Below, piece by piece: positions 29,114 through 39,902 of a stretch of DNA of 53,515 nt. Below the pieces are notes generated by a model. The model was not told where the DNA came from, made no database searches, and saw only the letters and a program-made list of their open reading frames with translations. The position numbers and the translations under genes are program-made. Source of the DNA: a virus (Duplodnaviria; Caudoviricetes); the IMG/VR virus record IMGVR_UViG_3300021373_000958, positions 1-53,515 of that record; one strand, written 5' to 3'. Numbering within the stretch: the stretch's first letter is position 1; each line of letters starts with the position of its first letter.

Positions 29114-32100
29114 TTAGTTAATTGCAAACGGTATCACTTCATCGCCACTTGAGATAGTATTTGGTCCAGATATGACTGTGCAACTATTGAAAGATGTATT
29201 TGACTTACTGGTGTAAGAAATGAGAGTTCCTTGTGCAGTAAAGAGATGACCACTATCTGGGAAATATGCAGTGTTATTGACATTCAGAATGAATGGAATA
29301 GTTCCAGTAAATGCACTGTGAGTAACTGGATTATTGATAGATGGGCGAACCAATCTAAAGACTCTACCAGACTTCATGTAACTAGAACTATGTCTTTCGG
29401 TAAAATCTCCAATTGTCAGTGCGGGGTAATAAATTGCCATATCACCAATCGCAATTCCAGAAACACTCATGACACCACTGTCAACAAATACATCACCAAA
29501 ATTGCCAATAGAAGGTCCTAGTTTTGCTAATGTGTAATCTCCTCTATAATCAATTTGTCCAACAACAAATGTGAAGTTGTTGATAATAACTACGTTTCCG
29601 TTTCTTTGTGTGACATCTTTGGATGCTAGTTGAATTGTAGATCCACCTCTCAAAATAATTTCATCAGTGAAGAATACCTCTTCGACATATCTATCAATAA
29701 ATCCAGTTTCGGGTGGTTTAACAATGACTTCCCTATTAACAATCAGACTATCTGAAATCGTAGTGATCTTCTGAATCTCTAATTCAATCACAGATGAAAC
29801 ATCTGAAGTAGTAATTTCGAAATCACTCTCAATCGTAACAAAACCAGCAAATGTTACTGCGATATCTGTATTCTGAATAGGAGCAGCGATTACAGAACCA
29901 ATAATCTCTTTTGTTGGAGTTGCAATTGAGTATGTTGGCGAAGAAATTTGTCTTTGAGTTTTTCTTTCGATCTCACGACTTGTGGTGCTTGCACTGACAG
30001 TGGTTACTCCACTCTCACTTTCAATTACTACTACACCGCCATAAACCACGGATACTGGATCTGGGATTTGACGTAAGAAAGTTCCAGCAACCCAGTTTTG
30101 AGCAATTGTATTTTGCTCTCCTCTTTGTACTTTGAGGAAACGATCACCAATCTTACGATAGTAGTAAACTACCTCGTCGCCAATTAACAAATATCCAGAA
30201 GTCTTAAATTTGCTAGTGTCTGCAATGTATATAATGTTTTCACTAGCTTCAAGATCAATTTGTAGATAAGCACCAACTTCAAAGAAGTTAATATTATCAA
30301 TAGCGTTATTAAGAATAATATTTTGTAAAGATGTAGTAATCTGTCTACTAGCAGATACAACAGAAGTTGATGTAATATCTTCAATAGGAGTAGCAACTAT
30401 AGAAACATATTCGCAAACATCTTTAAATACATCAATTTTCTCTACTGTGGTATTCAGTGGAGCAGTATACTTTAATAATTTAGATCCAGCGGAAAGGTTA
30501 GTTCCAACTTCCTCTTCTAACTGAATTTCTTCTTCTAGTTCCCAGTCTACCTTTTTGGGACTATCTGCAACAATAGCAGATGTTGCAAATCCCAGTGGTG
30601 GTGGGAAACTGATAAGATCAACAGTTGAAGATATAATTATACCAGCAGTTTCAACATATGGATTGACCGCAATATTAATAAGTGATACGCCGATGTCTCT
30701 TTCTGAGAGAATTTCATATCTTCTAGAAACAACCGCTATGGGCGCTTCTTCGTAACCAGAACCACCATCAATCAAATCAACACTAATTACCTGTCCTTTA
30801 CTTACCAGAACGTTTGCTCTAGCACCACCGCCCCTTCCAGTCTTAGGAATAAATTTAATAACTGGTGGTGTGTAATATTGATATGCTGTTGGTTGAGTTA
30901 TAGGATCATAACTACGTTGGTTCCACTCCAACCTCTCAATCTTACCAGTAAGATTACCATTGCTATCTTTTTCCATGATAGCAACAACGGCAAGACCTTC
31001 GCCTCTTGTTATTCCAGTATATGTTTCAATAGATACTGCAGCATAGATTTCATTAGATAGAGTATTGCCATCTCTGCCATCTTTGCTAGTTGCAGTTGCT
31101 GGAAGTTGTTTTACAGATCTAAATCCTTCTTCTCCTTCAACGCGAATTTTGTCACCATTTGCAAGATATACAAATGGATTTCTGTAAGATTTTCCAATAA
31201 TAGTTCCTTTCCAGAGAGCACTGTCATCTTTCAGAATTTTTCTTCCATCATCGTCTGTATTCAAAGATAATGCTGATGATGTGATATCACTATCACTAAT
31301 AGTATACTGAATGTCATAACGACCCTTAACTGCAAATACAAAATCTAATCCGTCTTCGATGTATCCATTTTGAGATTTAACATCAAATTCAATAGTTCCA
31401 GCATTATTAAAGAAGTTTGAAACTTCACCAATAATATTAAATGTTCCATCTGCTCTCTGTTGCCATAGGTGAATTAGATTTCCAATCTTGTCTCCCATCC
31501 AAGCATAAGTTCCAAACTCATTAATGATTGTAGATGTTAATCCAGAAATTGTTAGTTTTCCTCTAGCATAGTAAGTATCTGGTGCAAAATCGTAGATATT
31601 CAAAATCTGACCAACATCTCTTCCATAAAGATATCTCATGTCAATCTTCATTTCCTTTTGGATGGGAACATTGAAGTAAATGTTTGGACCAGAAATTGTA
31701 TAAGAATATCCTTTTCTTTGTAAAACGCCATCTAGGAAGACGTATAAGTTATCTTCCGATTCTACATTTTGTACGGTGTTATCGATAACATCCAAAATTA
31801 AGAATGGACCATTCCTAATTCCATCAACCAAATCATAATCAATTGTAAGGCGTTTGTAGTTGCCAACACCAACACCAACAATTTTTTCAACTGCTGTTGG
31901 CTCACCAATACTCTTGGCACTAAAGTCTTGATCCCAAATTGGAGCAACATCAAATTTGATGATGTTTGGAATTACAGTTCTATCAATAAAGTATGCATCA
32001 AATAGTGGGAAGTTTTCTGTATACTTTGGTCTTTGCAATACAGCATTAATTGTCAAGAATAGATCTTCATCTTCTTCAACAATTACTTCGGAACCATCTT

Positions 32101-35100
32101 CCCAATACAACTCAAATTCTTTAGTTTCACCATCAATATAATCTGGGAGTGTTCTGGTAACTGCCTCTTGCTGTAGAATATCATCAACGTTTGAAGTCAA
32201 AGAATCGACAGAAGAAATTACATCATTACACTCTTGTGCTAGAAGTAGAGGATCACCAATAATATTGTAATTAGAATAGGTTAGTGTCTGTGACCAGTTA
32301 CCTGCCTTATTTGGATTTTGGTTTGTTTTACTAACTAGACCCTTACCCTCAGATAGAATTGTGTCAACAATACTATTGTAAGTGTCAAGGGCACTTTCTA
32401 CTTCAGCGCAGAAAGGACTTTGACTGTCAACCAGAATATTGTTGTCAACGACTGGTGTAATAGCAGTATAAATTCCAGCACCAAGAGTGTTTCTCATTGC
32501 TTGGATCATCAAGTTTTTTGCATACTCAAATGCAGCAAGACTTTCTGTTAGTTCATTGTTGATGAATAGTAAGTTCTCGGATTCTGGATATTTTGCTTTT
32601 ACATAGTATAGTTGTCCAAACTCAACAACTTTTTCATTTCCACCGAAACGGAGATGATAGACATATGCATCCACTAAGAAACCAAGATCTCTTTGGCACT
32701 TAGTTCCTTTTGAATTCCAATCAACACCAGGATATGTTGCTTCTGCCCATCCAATAGTTTCTTCTTGAATATATGCTTTGTTTGCTGCAATTAAATTAGC
32801 AGCATCATAGAAAGTGCCGTTGTTAATGCCACTCCATGAGAACGTTGCCTGATCAGTTCCAGAGAAGGATACGGGTGCAGTAACTGTAAAGCCAGGAGGA
32901 ACAGAGAAAGTATTTCCAGGAGCAACTGCACCTGTGTTGGTAGCAAAGGATCCTCCAGTTGCTGTTCCACTCAACAAAGTGGTTCCTGCTGGAGCTCCGC
33001 CGCCACCTGAAGAGTTTGATAATGCACTGTTATTTAAAGTGACTTGTGTTGCACTGTCAATAGAAACAATGTAAGTTCCAGATGGGAATGCTCTGCCAGA
33101 ACTTACAAACATACCAATAGCGAGGTTCTCAGTATCAGTGACATTCATAGTTCTAGAACCTTGAATGTATATTACACTGCTGTCTGTGTAATCCCAGTTT
33201 CTAATGGCAAGTTTTGCTAGTCTTGCTGCATACTTAAAGATACCAGTAGATTGAGATCTATTGTTTTGAATGTATAGATAATCGCTATCTGTGTTGAAGA
33301 TGGAAGTGTAGTCTACAGTTTTAATGTTTCCACCAAATCTAAGATCGTGCTCATATGCATCGAGAATAGAACCGATGTTTACTTCATAATCATCTTGCTT
33401 TGTGCTCCAATCTAAAGATGGATATGTTGCTTTTGCATATCCGATAGTTTCTTCGACAATGAATTGACGATTTCTCTCAACCTGATTAGCAGCATCTAAC
33501 CACCTACCATTACGTTGGAAAATGTTTCTAATTTTCTTGAAGTATCTTGCATTATACTGATTATCTTTAAATGCAACATACTTTCCATAGAAAGTAACAC
33601 CATTATAATATGTAATATCAGACTGTCCTTCACCAGTTTGTTTCTGATATGGTCCAAGAGGTGGTTGACTGAAGATGATACGATCACCAGATACAGTGAA
33701 AGCAACTCCTGGTTCTTGTAGTACACCATCTAGACTAATTACTAGATTTTTGTCACTATATGGACTAAATGGAACTCCGCTGTCATTTAAAATCTGGAAT
33801 GATGTTGTTCCCTGCAATCTGCCATCGGTATCATAGTATCCATCGAAAGGAGCATCAAGTGATACTTCAAACGCACGCATTTCATTGAACAAGAACTCAC
33901 TAGTAGCAGCAGAACCAAATCCTCTACGAATTCTTTGATTTTCTACCTTTTGAACAATCTGCGTAACAGTTCTAGTAGTGTTCTCTACAGTAATTTTATT
34001 TTTTGCAGGATCCCAAAGTTGAATAATTGAGAAATGAGATGCTTTTGGTGTTTCTGCTGGCATCTCAACTGGTGCCGTCGCCTCAACATCAACTTGACCA
34101 AATAGTTTAAATCCAGCGGGGTGAGTTGTGGACTTAATTAATTCACGCCATTGACCAATGGGTGTCTTGGATTTTACAACATATGAGTAGTCTTGATAGA
34201 AGAAACTATCCAAGATCTTCTGATTTGATACTCCAAGTTTTCCTCTGTCGGACTTGAAATATCCAATGTTGTCATAGAAACCAGTGATTTGTTCTGCAAA
34301 TGTGCTTACAAAAATTGCTTTGATTGTCGCAGATACTGGAGAATTTAGAGACTGGACAGTTTGATTTTCTCTGAAGATACCTTCTACATCCTCCACCTTC
34401 AATAAGTTCGAACCAAATCTCCATTCAGATACTCTAGCACGAGCGACTTCAGTAGATCCAATTCTCTGAACTACAATTTCACCTTTACTAAAATCTCCAT
34501 TGAAGTTGGAAAGTGATAAAACTGATTTGGTATTAAATGTCGATGCTACTGTTCTATCTCTATGGAATGCACCTCCATTGTTAACAATAGAAATACTTCT
34601 CGGAATACCAACAGTTTGACTTTCTGCAAATGCTTCAACATCACTTTCGACAATAGCAACTTCTGGAGCAAAGGTATATCCAACACCAGGATTATCAATA
34701 GTAATGGAGAAAATCTCCCCATTTCTTACAACAATTTTAAACTTCGCATCAACACCATCACCATTGGTAATAATAACTTTTGGATTTACATAATTTGATC
34801 CTTTCTCGTCAATTCTAATACCAACAATAGTGCTGGTAGGAATATCAAATAAAACAGTAGCAGAAGCTCTGAAGTTTTCATTTGAATCTACGCCGCTAAT
34901 TGCTGGAACTTTTTTGTAATTTAATCCTAGATTTGTGATTGCAAATGAATTGATTTCACCAATAGCGAACTGACCAGTAGTAGTATAAGAAATGGATCCA
35001 GAACCATCCCAAAGAGGCTCGCTATTAATATCATAAACAAAACGAGTTGGGGTAACATAATTGAGAGTTTTTACTCCTTGTAGTGGGTCTGTAATTATTT

Positions 35101-38100
35101 TTAGAGAAGCACCATCTGCCTGAACAATACCTTTTCTATCATAATAGTAGAAATTGGTAAAGTTAGTGCCAGTTTTTGTTTGATATGCATTGCCAGCAAG
35201 TCTTGCACCAAAACCGAACTTGACATCAGTAAATGATCCTGCATTTCCAGGAAGAATTGTAGATGCTGTTTTCTCTACAGTTTCTAAGTTAAAACTTCTG
35301 CTTGGGGACATATCAAAGTATGTTCCAGTCAAAGAAGAGTGTGAAGTATCAAAAACATACTTGTAGAACTCTTGAATATTGATATTTGGATTTGGAGTGA
35401 ATGATATGTTATCTTCTGAGAATTCAAACTTATAATTCAAATCACCAGCAGATCTCACAGCAACAAGTCTGGAGGGACTGCTGCTATCGAAGAAACTGGA
35501 ACTTAGAGTTACTTCATTTGCATTTGTTGTCTGAGTAGCATAATCATAAACAATTACAATTTTTTGGGTTTCTCTATCATATGATTGGACATATCCAGAG
35601 TTAGCACCAGCAAAAATTTGGAAGTTTGGATCGAAGTTGTATCTTGGTTTGTATAGAGATACAACATCGCCGTTATAGTGATCAGAAGATTTAGTTCCTT
35701 CAAGACCTCTAGTTACAAATAATGTGTTGTCAGTAATTGTTTGAACTTCCACAACTTCATTATTAATGGAAAGTAAGTCACCTTCTGCAAATCCAATAGA
35801 AGATTTTACTTGCAGTGCGGAAGAATTTCTAGAGATTCCTACATGATCAACATAAAGTGTAAATCTTGAAATCGATTGTGACGCAATTGATCGAGAAAGA
35901 CTTTCATCATCTATAGATAGATAATCTCCTTTTGCGTATCCACTTCCAGGATTTGTTAAAGTTATAGAAGAAACTCCTGCTGATACTGTAGCAAGTATTT
36001 CTAGATCTTGACTGATAAGATCTCCATTACCATCCCTAACCAACATAAATTCTGGGAAGGTTTGGATTAAGAAATCTCCGTTTGTATAACCATATCCACC
36101 TTCTTTGACGAAAATAACATTGTCCTTGATGACTCCACTTTCGATAGAAAAGTTTGCAAGAAGTCCAGTTCCATTTCCGCCACTAAGGGGAATATTTTTG
36201 TATACACCATCTTTGTATCCAGAATGTGTTCCAGAAACAGTAAGTTTCGAAACATTGTTACTCGTCACAGTGACTAAAGCTTCTGCTCCAGACCCAGAAC
36301 CTCCTGTTAGAGGAACACTAGTATAAGTCCCTGCAGTATAGTCTGCACCACCGTTTAAAATTTGATATCTACCAATACCAGTGAAATCAACTTCATTTCT
36401 TACAATGGGAGCAATAAGAGTTGCTTCTTGATATAATCTCTTTCTCAAGTAATATGTCTTTGTCTTTGTTGTATCGTCTGGATTGACATCAATAGTTACT
36501 TTGTCTCCAATGCCAAGACCATGTGCGACATCAGTTTCAATCAAAGCAACACTCTGATTGACTTCAAATGGTTCTAAGTTGTCGCTGAGTGAAGTTAGAG
36601 TTACAATTCTGGATCCAATGGTGTTGAATAGATTGCTAGACTGAATAAAGTAATCTTCATCTACAATCCAAGTTCCTGTAAGAACTTTGATTTTAACGAC
36701 GTTTTGGCGATTTGTGCTTTCTAATACTTCTGCTGTAGCAATTGGTGTGTTAACACCATCTGTTAAACTTAATATAGCACCTTCTGTATATGAACTATCT
36801 TGATCTACCAAGATTGAGAAAGTCTTGATATCAGCAGAGAATGTGCCTGTGGTATCAAAAGTGCCAACAACTTCCTTGAGAACGATTACATTGTCACTTG
36901 CTACAGTTCCAACAATTCTACCAGACGCTCCAGAAGATGGTTGTCTTAGTGTATCATCAGCAAATAAGAATGCCGTTTGAATTGTTGTAAGTTTTACTAC
37001 CTTTGTCTCTTTGCTTTGTAGATAATTGACAGACTTACCTTTAACAGAAGCAACATTTGCCTCTACCTCGGAACCTTCTGTTCCTTGGTTGTCAAAATAT
37101 ACTTTTGAATTTACAGAGAAGTTAGAAGACGATCTAACAGCATCAATATTATCAATAGTTCCCGATGAAACATCAGAAATGCTCGCAATTAAACCTTCTC
37201 CATTCCTAGACATGCCAGGAACATAATATCTCTTTGCATTCTTTGGAATATCATTCTGATTGATGTCAGAATTATAATTGCTGTCTACTGGGAGAGAATA
37301 GAAATTTGCACCTATGATATAAGGGAACTGTGGTACTTGATTGCTATCAATAGTAAGGAAATAAGCATAAATTCCTTCTGGAAATTCTGGGGTAATGCAA
37401 AATCTTCCATTGTTTTCGTCTAGTGATCCGTTGCGATGAGTATACTCATAGTCATCGATAAAAGATCCAAGTGCGTACGTATTGACAGAAGGACCACCAG
37501 AACGAGAATTTTTGATAGAATAACCAGATGTCATTCTAACAATAGAAGATTGTGGATCTAGTGGATTTTGATGTGCAAAAGGTCCATAGATTGGATTGCC
37601 ATCATAAGCAAAACCAATGATAGGAGAGTGAACTTTATTTGCTGGTTCTGTTCCAGCACTATTCAAGTTATCATTTAAAGCAACACGCAAAGCTTTTGGA
37701 TTGGCAACATAACCATATCCATATTCTAATGCATTGTTATAATTTTGGAAAATGTAACCATTCTCTGTATCAAGATTATTCTTTAACTTTTCAAATCTAT
37801 TGAAATTCCATTCTTTAAGGAGAGGAATGCCAGTAGCGTCTTCTCCAACGGGAATAATGTCTACAATTACAGTTTGCTGAGTGTAGAAGTTACCCTCATC
37901 AATTTTTTCGAAATCTGTAATTCTTCCATCGCCATCAACAATTGCCTCGTAATTAGCAAATCTTCCTCTACCAGCATTATCCCTAATTCTTACAATAGGT
38001 GGAGAAGAATAATATTCACCAGGATTGTCGATAACTAAACTTGTAACTTTTCCTCCAGTTACAATAGCACGAACTTCTGCTCTTCTTCCAGAAGTAATTG

Positions 38101-39898
38101 TAATCTCTGGGGTTGTTGGGAAAATATCATTAGTATCAACAATAACTCTCTCAACTACTTGACCAGCAAGAACTGCTCTTGCCTTATTTGGAACTTCATC
38201 GACTAAAACAAATGGAGGTTTTACATAACCTCTACCTTGAATGTCAATTTTAATTTCTTCTAGTCTGCCAAATCTTACGCTGTCAGTGTCTCTATAACTA
38301 TAGGTACGAACACCGTTGAGGAGAATACCAGTATCTGCTTTAGGTGTTTGATATCTTTCAGTGGATGTTGTTGCTCTCTTTCTAATTAAACGCAAGACTT
38401 TTTGATCTAGAACTTGCTCATTGACAGTAGAACCGTCTAAAATCTTGTGTGATGGGAAACTGGATGAGGTAACATAGTAATATTGATCATCTTCATGAAT
38501 AGAAGTAACATTTGTAGGAACTTCATTGAGAGATGCTGCTACAGATGGCAAAGTTGGAACATTTACATCTGCTCCAGTGCTCAACAACCAACGAGTTTGA
38601 TTGGTTCCGCTAAAAACAATTTTTGGATCAGCAGTTATAAATCCAGGTGCAGAAACTTGAATTCTATCACCAACACTGGAATATGGTTGAGCATCTTCTG
38701 GTGTGAGGTTATATACAACACCAAGAATGATAAGAGTAACACCAGATCCAGAAATTTTTACTGGTTTGTATACAGAAGTTCCCGCCGTATGAATAACAGC
38801 ACCAGATGGTTGTCTATTCTTAATGATAAATTGAGTTGCTGTTTTCTCTTCAAAGTCAATTGTTTCGTCACCAATCAAAACAGAACCTTTTTTGTCCCAA
38901 CCTAACGTTGAGAACACATCAATCCTGTTGCCAGTGGTAGCAGTTCCTGATAATGTTTTTTCCAGTTTAGTTTTTGTGGAAACAAAAAACTCACCATTTA
39001 CAGTTTCTGGAGCAAGAACCAAATTGACAATCTGTTCTTCGTCTCTTGTTCCATCTGAAGAAACATTATCTACCGTTGCAGAGGCATATCCATACTCAGA
39101 TGTCTCGGTCTGAACTACTTGTCTGCCAATTAAATCGTTAACATTTCCAGAAACTAGTTTGCACTTAAGTGCATATACATTAATCCAATCAGCATTGGAT
39201 GACTTATATGTGTAATCTTTTGGTTTATATACTTCTGGTTTGTTGTCAATATCTTGAGCAACAATTGTATTGAAGATAAACTTAATAGAACTGGTTGTTC
39301 CCTTTGCCTTGTAGAACTTAGAGATATTCTTGATTAATGTTCTCTTGTCTACTTCCCCCTTTAAATATTTTTCTGGAAATGAACCAAGATATTGCTTCTC
39401 AAAATTCTTTACTAACGCATAAAGAAAGAGATTGCTTACATTATATACTTTTTGTCCAGAATTATGAGGTGCTGCTTCTGTACTGCTAAAGTTGCTTGAA
39501 TTATACAGATCACCAAGAGTTGTGTTACCACTAACACCCCTAGAGCACTCTTGTAGTTCTGTATCTGTTCTGGTAGCATAAAAAATGATTTCGTTATCAA
39601 TTCTGACGTAACCATTCTTTTCTGGGAATGATTGTGCATCCTCTAAAACGATGGTTGTGTCGCTATCAGTAATAGAAGTTACTAGAACATCATTTTGCTT
39701 GAGGATGTTCTTTTCGTAGTAATCAATGTCTGCATATTTTTGGAGGTTGTTGATAACATCCAAAGTGCCACCTTGCACTTCCTGTGCTTCATAATACTTT
39801 TGCACAAACTTACTGAAAAGTTCATACTCCGTACTGATGAATTGAGGAAGCTGCGATTCGATTAGAGTGGAAATTCTCTTAGTCTTTACAGCAGGCAT
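29114..39898 (-). CDS. gp7: baseplate wedge initiator gp7, greatly enlarged (3594 aa)
   Basis: RISTLIESQLPQFI...LIKNISKFYKAKGTTSSIKFIF; DSFFYQDYSYVVKS...W...IK..THPAGFKLFG; located between gp6 and gp8; contains YHYH-like and CxRD helical inserts. Confidence 0.85.
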   Translation of the reverse strand: MPAVKTKRISTLIESQLPQFISTEYELFSKFVQKYYEAQEVQGGTLDVINNLQKYADIDYYEKNILKQNDVLVTSITDSDTTIVLEDAQSFPEKNGYVRIDNEIIFYATRTDTELQECSRGVSGNTTLGDLYNSSNFSSTEAAPHNSGQKVYNVSNLFLYALVKNFEKQYLGSFPEKYLKGEVDKRTLIKNISKFYKAKGTTSSIKFIFNTIVAQDIDNKPEVYKPKDYTYKSSNADWINVYALKCKLVSGNVNDLIGRQVVQTETSEYGYASATVDNVSSDGTRDEEQIVNLVLAPETVNGEFFVSTKTKLEKTLSGTATTGNRIDVFSTLGWDKKGSVLIGDETIDFEEKTATQFIIKNRQPSGAVIHTAGTSVYKPVKISGSGVTLIILGVVYNLTPEDAQPYSSVGDRIQVSAPGFITADPKIVFSGTNQTRWLLSTGADVNVPTLPSVAASLNEVPTNVTSIHEDDQYYYVTSSSFPSHKILDGSTVNEQVLDQKVLRLIRKRATTSTERYQTPKADTGILLNGVRTYSYRDTDSVRFGRLEEIKIDIQGRGYVKPPFVLVDEVPNKARAVLAGQVVERVIVDTNDIFPTTPEITITSGRRAEVRAIVTGGKVTSLVIDNPGEYYSSPPIVRIRDNAGRGRFANYEAIVDGDGRITDFEKIDEGNFYTQQTVIVDIIPVGEDATGIPLLKEWNFNRFEKLKNNLDTENGYIFQNYNNALEYGYGYVANPKALRVALNDNLNSAGTEPANKVHSPIIGFAYDGNPIYGPFAHQNPLDPQSSIVRMTSGYSIKNSRSGGPSVNTYALGSFIDDYEYTHRNGSLDENNGRFCITPEFPEGIYAYFLTIDSNQVPQFPYIIGANFYSLPVDSNYNSDINQNDIPKNAKRYYVPGMSRNGEGLIASISDVSSGTIDNIDAVRSSSNFSVNSKVYFDNQGTEGSEVEANVASVKGKSVNYLQSKETKVVKLTTIQTAFLFADDTLRQPSSGASGRIVGTVASDNVIVLKEVVGTFDTTGTFSADIKTFSILVDQDSSYTEGAILSLTDGVNTPIATAEVLESTNRQNVVKIKVLTGTWIVDEDYFIQSSNLFNTIGSRIVTLTSLSDNLEPFEVNQSVALIETDVAHGLGIGDKVTIDVNPDDTTKTKTYYLRKRLYQEATLIAPIVRNEVDFTGIGRYQILNGGADYTAGTYTSVPLTGGSGSGAEALVTVTSNNVSKLTVSGTHSGYKDGVYKNIPLSGGNGTGLLANFSIESGVIKDNVIFVKEGGYGYTNGDFLIQTFPEFMLVRDGNGDLISQDLEILATVSAGVSSITLTNPGSGYAKGDYLSIDDESLSRSIASQSISRFTLYVDHVGISRNSSALQVKSSIGFAEGDLLSINNEVVEVQTITDNTLFVTRGLEGTKSSDHYNGDVVSLYKPRYNFDPNFQIFAGANSGYVQSYDRETQKIVIVYDYATQTTNANEVTLSSSFFDSSSPSRLVAVRSAGDLNYKFEFSEDNISFTPNPNINIQEFYKYVFDTSHSSLTGTYFDMSPSRSFNLETVEKTASTILPGNAGSFTDVKFGFGARLAGNAYQTKTGTNFTNFYYYDRKGIVQADGASLKIITDPLQGVKTLNYVTPTRFVYDINSEPLWDGSGSISYTTTGQFAIGEINSFAITNLGLNYKKVPAISGVDSNENFRASATVLFDIPTSTIVGIRIDEKGSNYVNPKVIITNGDGVDAKFKIVVRNGEIFSITIDNPGVGYTFAPEVAIVESDVEAFAESQTVGIPRSISIVNNGGAFHRDRTVASTFNTKSVLSLSNFNGDFSKGEIVVQRIGSTEVARARVSEWRFGSNLLKVEDVEGIFRENQTVQSLNSPVSATIKAIFVSTFAEQITGFYDNIGYFKSDRGKLGVSNQKILDSFFYQDYSYVVKSKTPIGQWRELIKSTTHPAGFKLFGQVDVEATAPVEMPAETPKASHFSIIQLWDPAKNKITVENTTRTVTQIVQKVENQRIRRGFGSAATSEFLFNEMRAFEVSLDAPFDGYYDTDGRLQGTTSFQILNDSGVPFSPYSDKNLVISLDGVLQEPGVAFTVSGDRIIFSQPPLGPYQKQTGEGQSDITYYNGVTFYGKYVAFKDNQYNARYFKKIRNIFQRNGRWLDAANQVERNRQFIVEETIGYAKATYPSLDWSTKQDDYEVNIGSILDAYEHDLRFGGNIKTVDYTSIFNTDSDYLYIQNNRSQSTGIFKYAARLAKLAIRNWDYTDSSVIYIQGSRTMNVTDTENLAIGMFVSSGRAFPSGTYIVSIDSATQVTLNNSALSNSSGGGGAPAGTTLLSGTATGGSFATNTGAVAPGNTFSVPPGFTVTAPVSFSGTDQATFSWSGINNGTFYDAANLIAANKAYIQEETIGWAEATYPGVDWNSKGTKCQRDLGFLVDAYVYHLRFGGNEKVVEFGQLYYVKAKYPESENLLFINNELTESLAAFEYAKNLMIQAMRNTLGAGIYTAITPVVDNNILVDSQSPFCAEVESALDTYNSIVDTILSEGKGLVSKTNQNPNKAGNWSQTLTYSNYNIIGDPLLLAQECNDVISSVDSLTSNVDDILQQEAVTRTLPDYIDGETKEFELYWEDGSEVIVEEDEDLFLTINAVLQRPKYTENFPLFDAYFIDRTVIPNIIKFDVAPIWDQDFSAKSIGEPTAVEKIVGVGVGNYKRLTIDYDLVDGIRNGPFLILDVIDNTVQNVESEDNLYVFLDGVLQRKGYSYTISGPNIYFNVPIQKEMKIDMRYLYGRDVGQILNIYDFAPDTYYARGKLTISGLTSTIINEFGTYAWMGDKIGNLIHLWQQRADGTFNIIGEVSNFFNNAGTIEFDVKSQNGYIEDGLDFVFAVKGRYDIQYTISDSDITSSALSLNTDDDGRKILKDDSALWKGTIIGKSYRNPFVYLANGDKIRVEGEEGFRSVKQLPATATSKDGRDGNTLSNEIYAAVSIETYTGITRGEGLAVVAIMEKDSNGNLTGKIERLEWNQRSYDPITQPTAYQYYTPPVIKFIPKTGRGGGARANVLVSKGQVISVDLIDGGSGYEEAPIAVVSRRYEILSERDIGVSLINIAVNPYVETAGIIISSTVDLISFPPPLGFATSAIVADSPKKVDWELEEEIQLEEEVGTNLSAGSKLLKYTAPLNTTVEKIDVFKDVCEYVSIVATPIEDITSTSVVSASRQITTSLQNIILNNAIDNINFFEVGAYLQIDLEASENIIYIADTSKFKTSGYLLIGDEVVYYYRKIGDRFLKVQRGEQNTIAQNWVAGTFLRQIPDPVSVVYGGVVVIESESGVTTVSASTTSREIERKTQRQISSPTYSIATPTKEIIGSVIAAPIQNTDIAVTFAGFVTIESDFEITTSDVSSVIELEIQKITTISDSLIVNREVIVKPPETGFIDRYVEEVFFTDEIILRGGSTIQLASKDVTQRNGNVVIINNFTFVVGQIDYRGDYTLAKLGPSIGNFGDVFVDSGVMSVSGIAIGDMAIYYPALTIGDFTERHSSSYMKSGRVFRLVRPSINNPVTHSAFTGTIPFILNVNNTAYFPDSGHLFTAQGTLISYTSKSNTSFNSCTVISGPNTISSGDEVIPFAIN

Positions 39899-39902
39899 TT
39901 AC

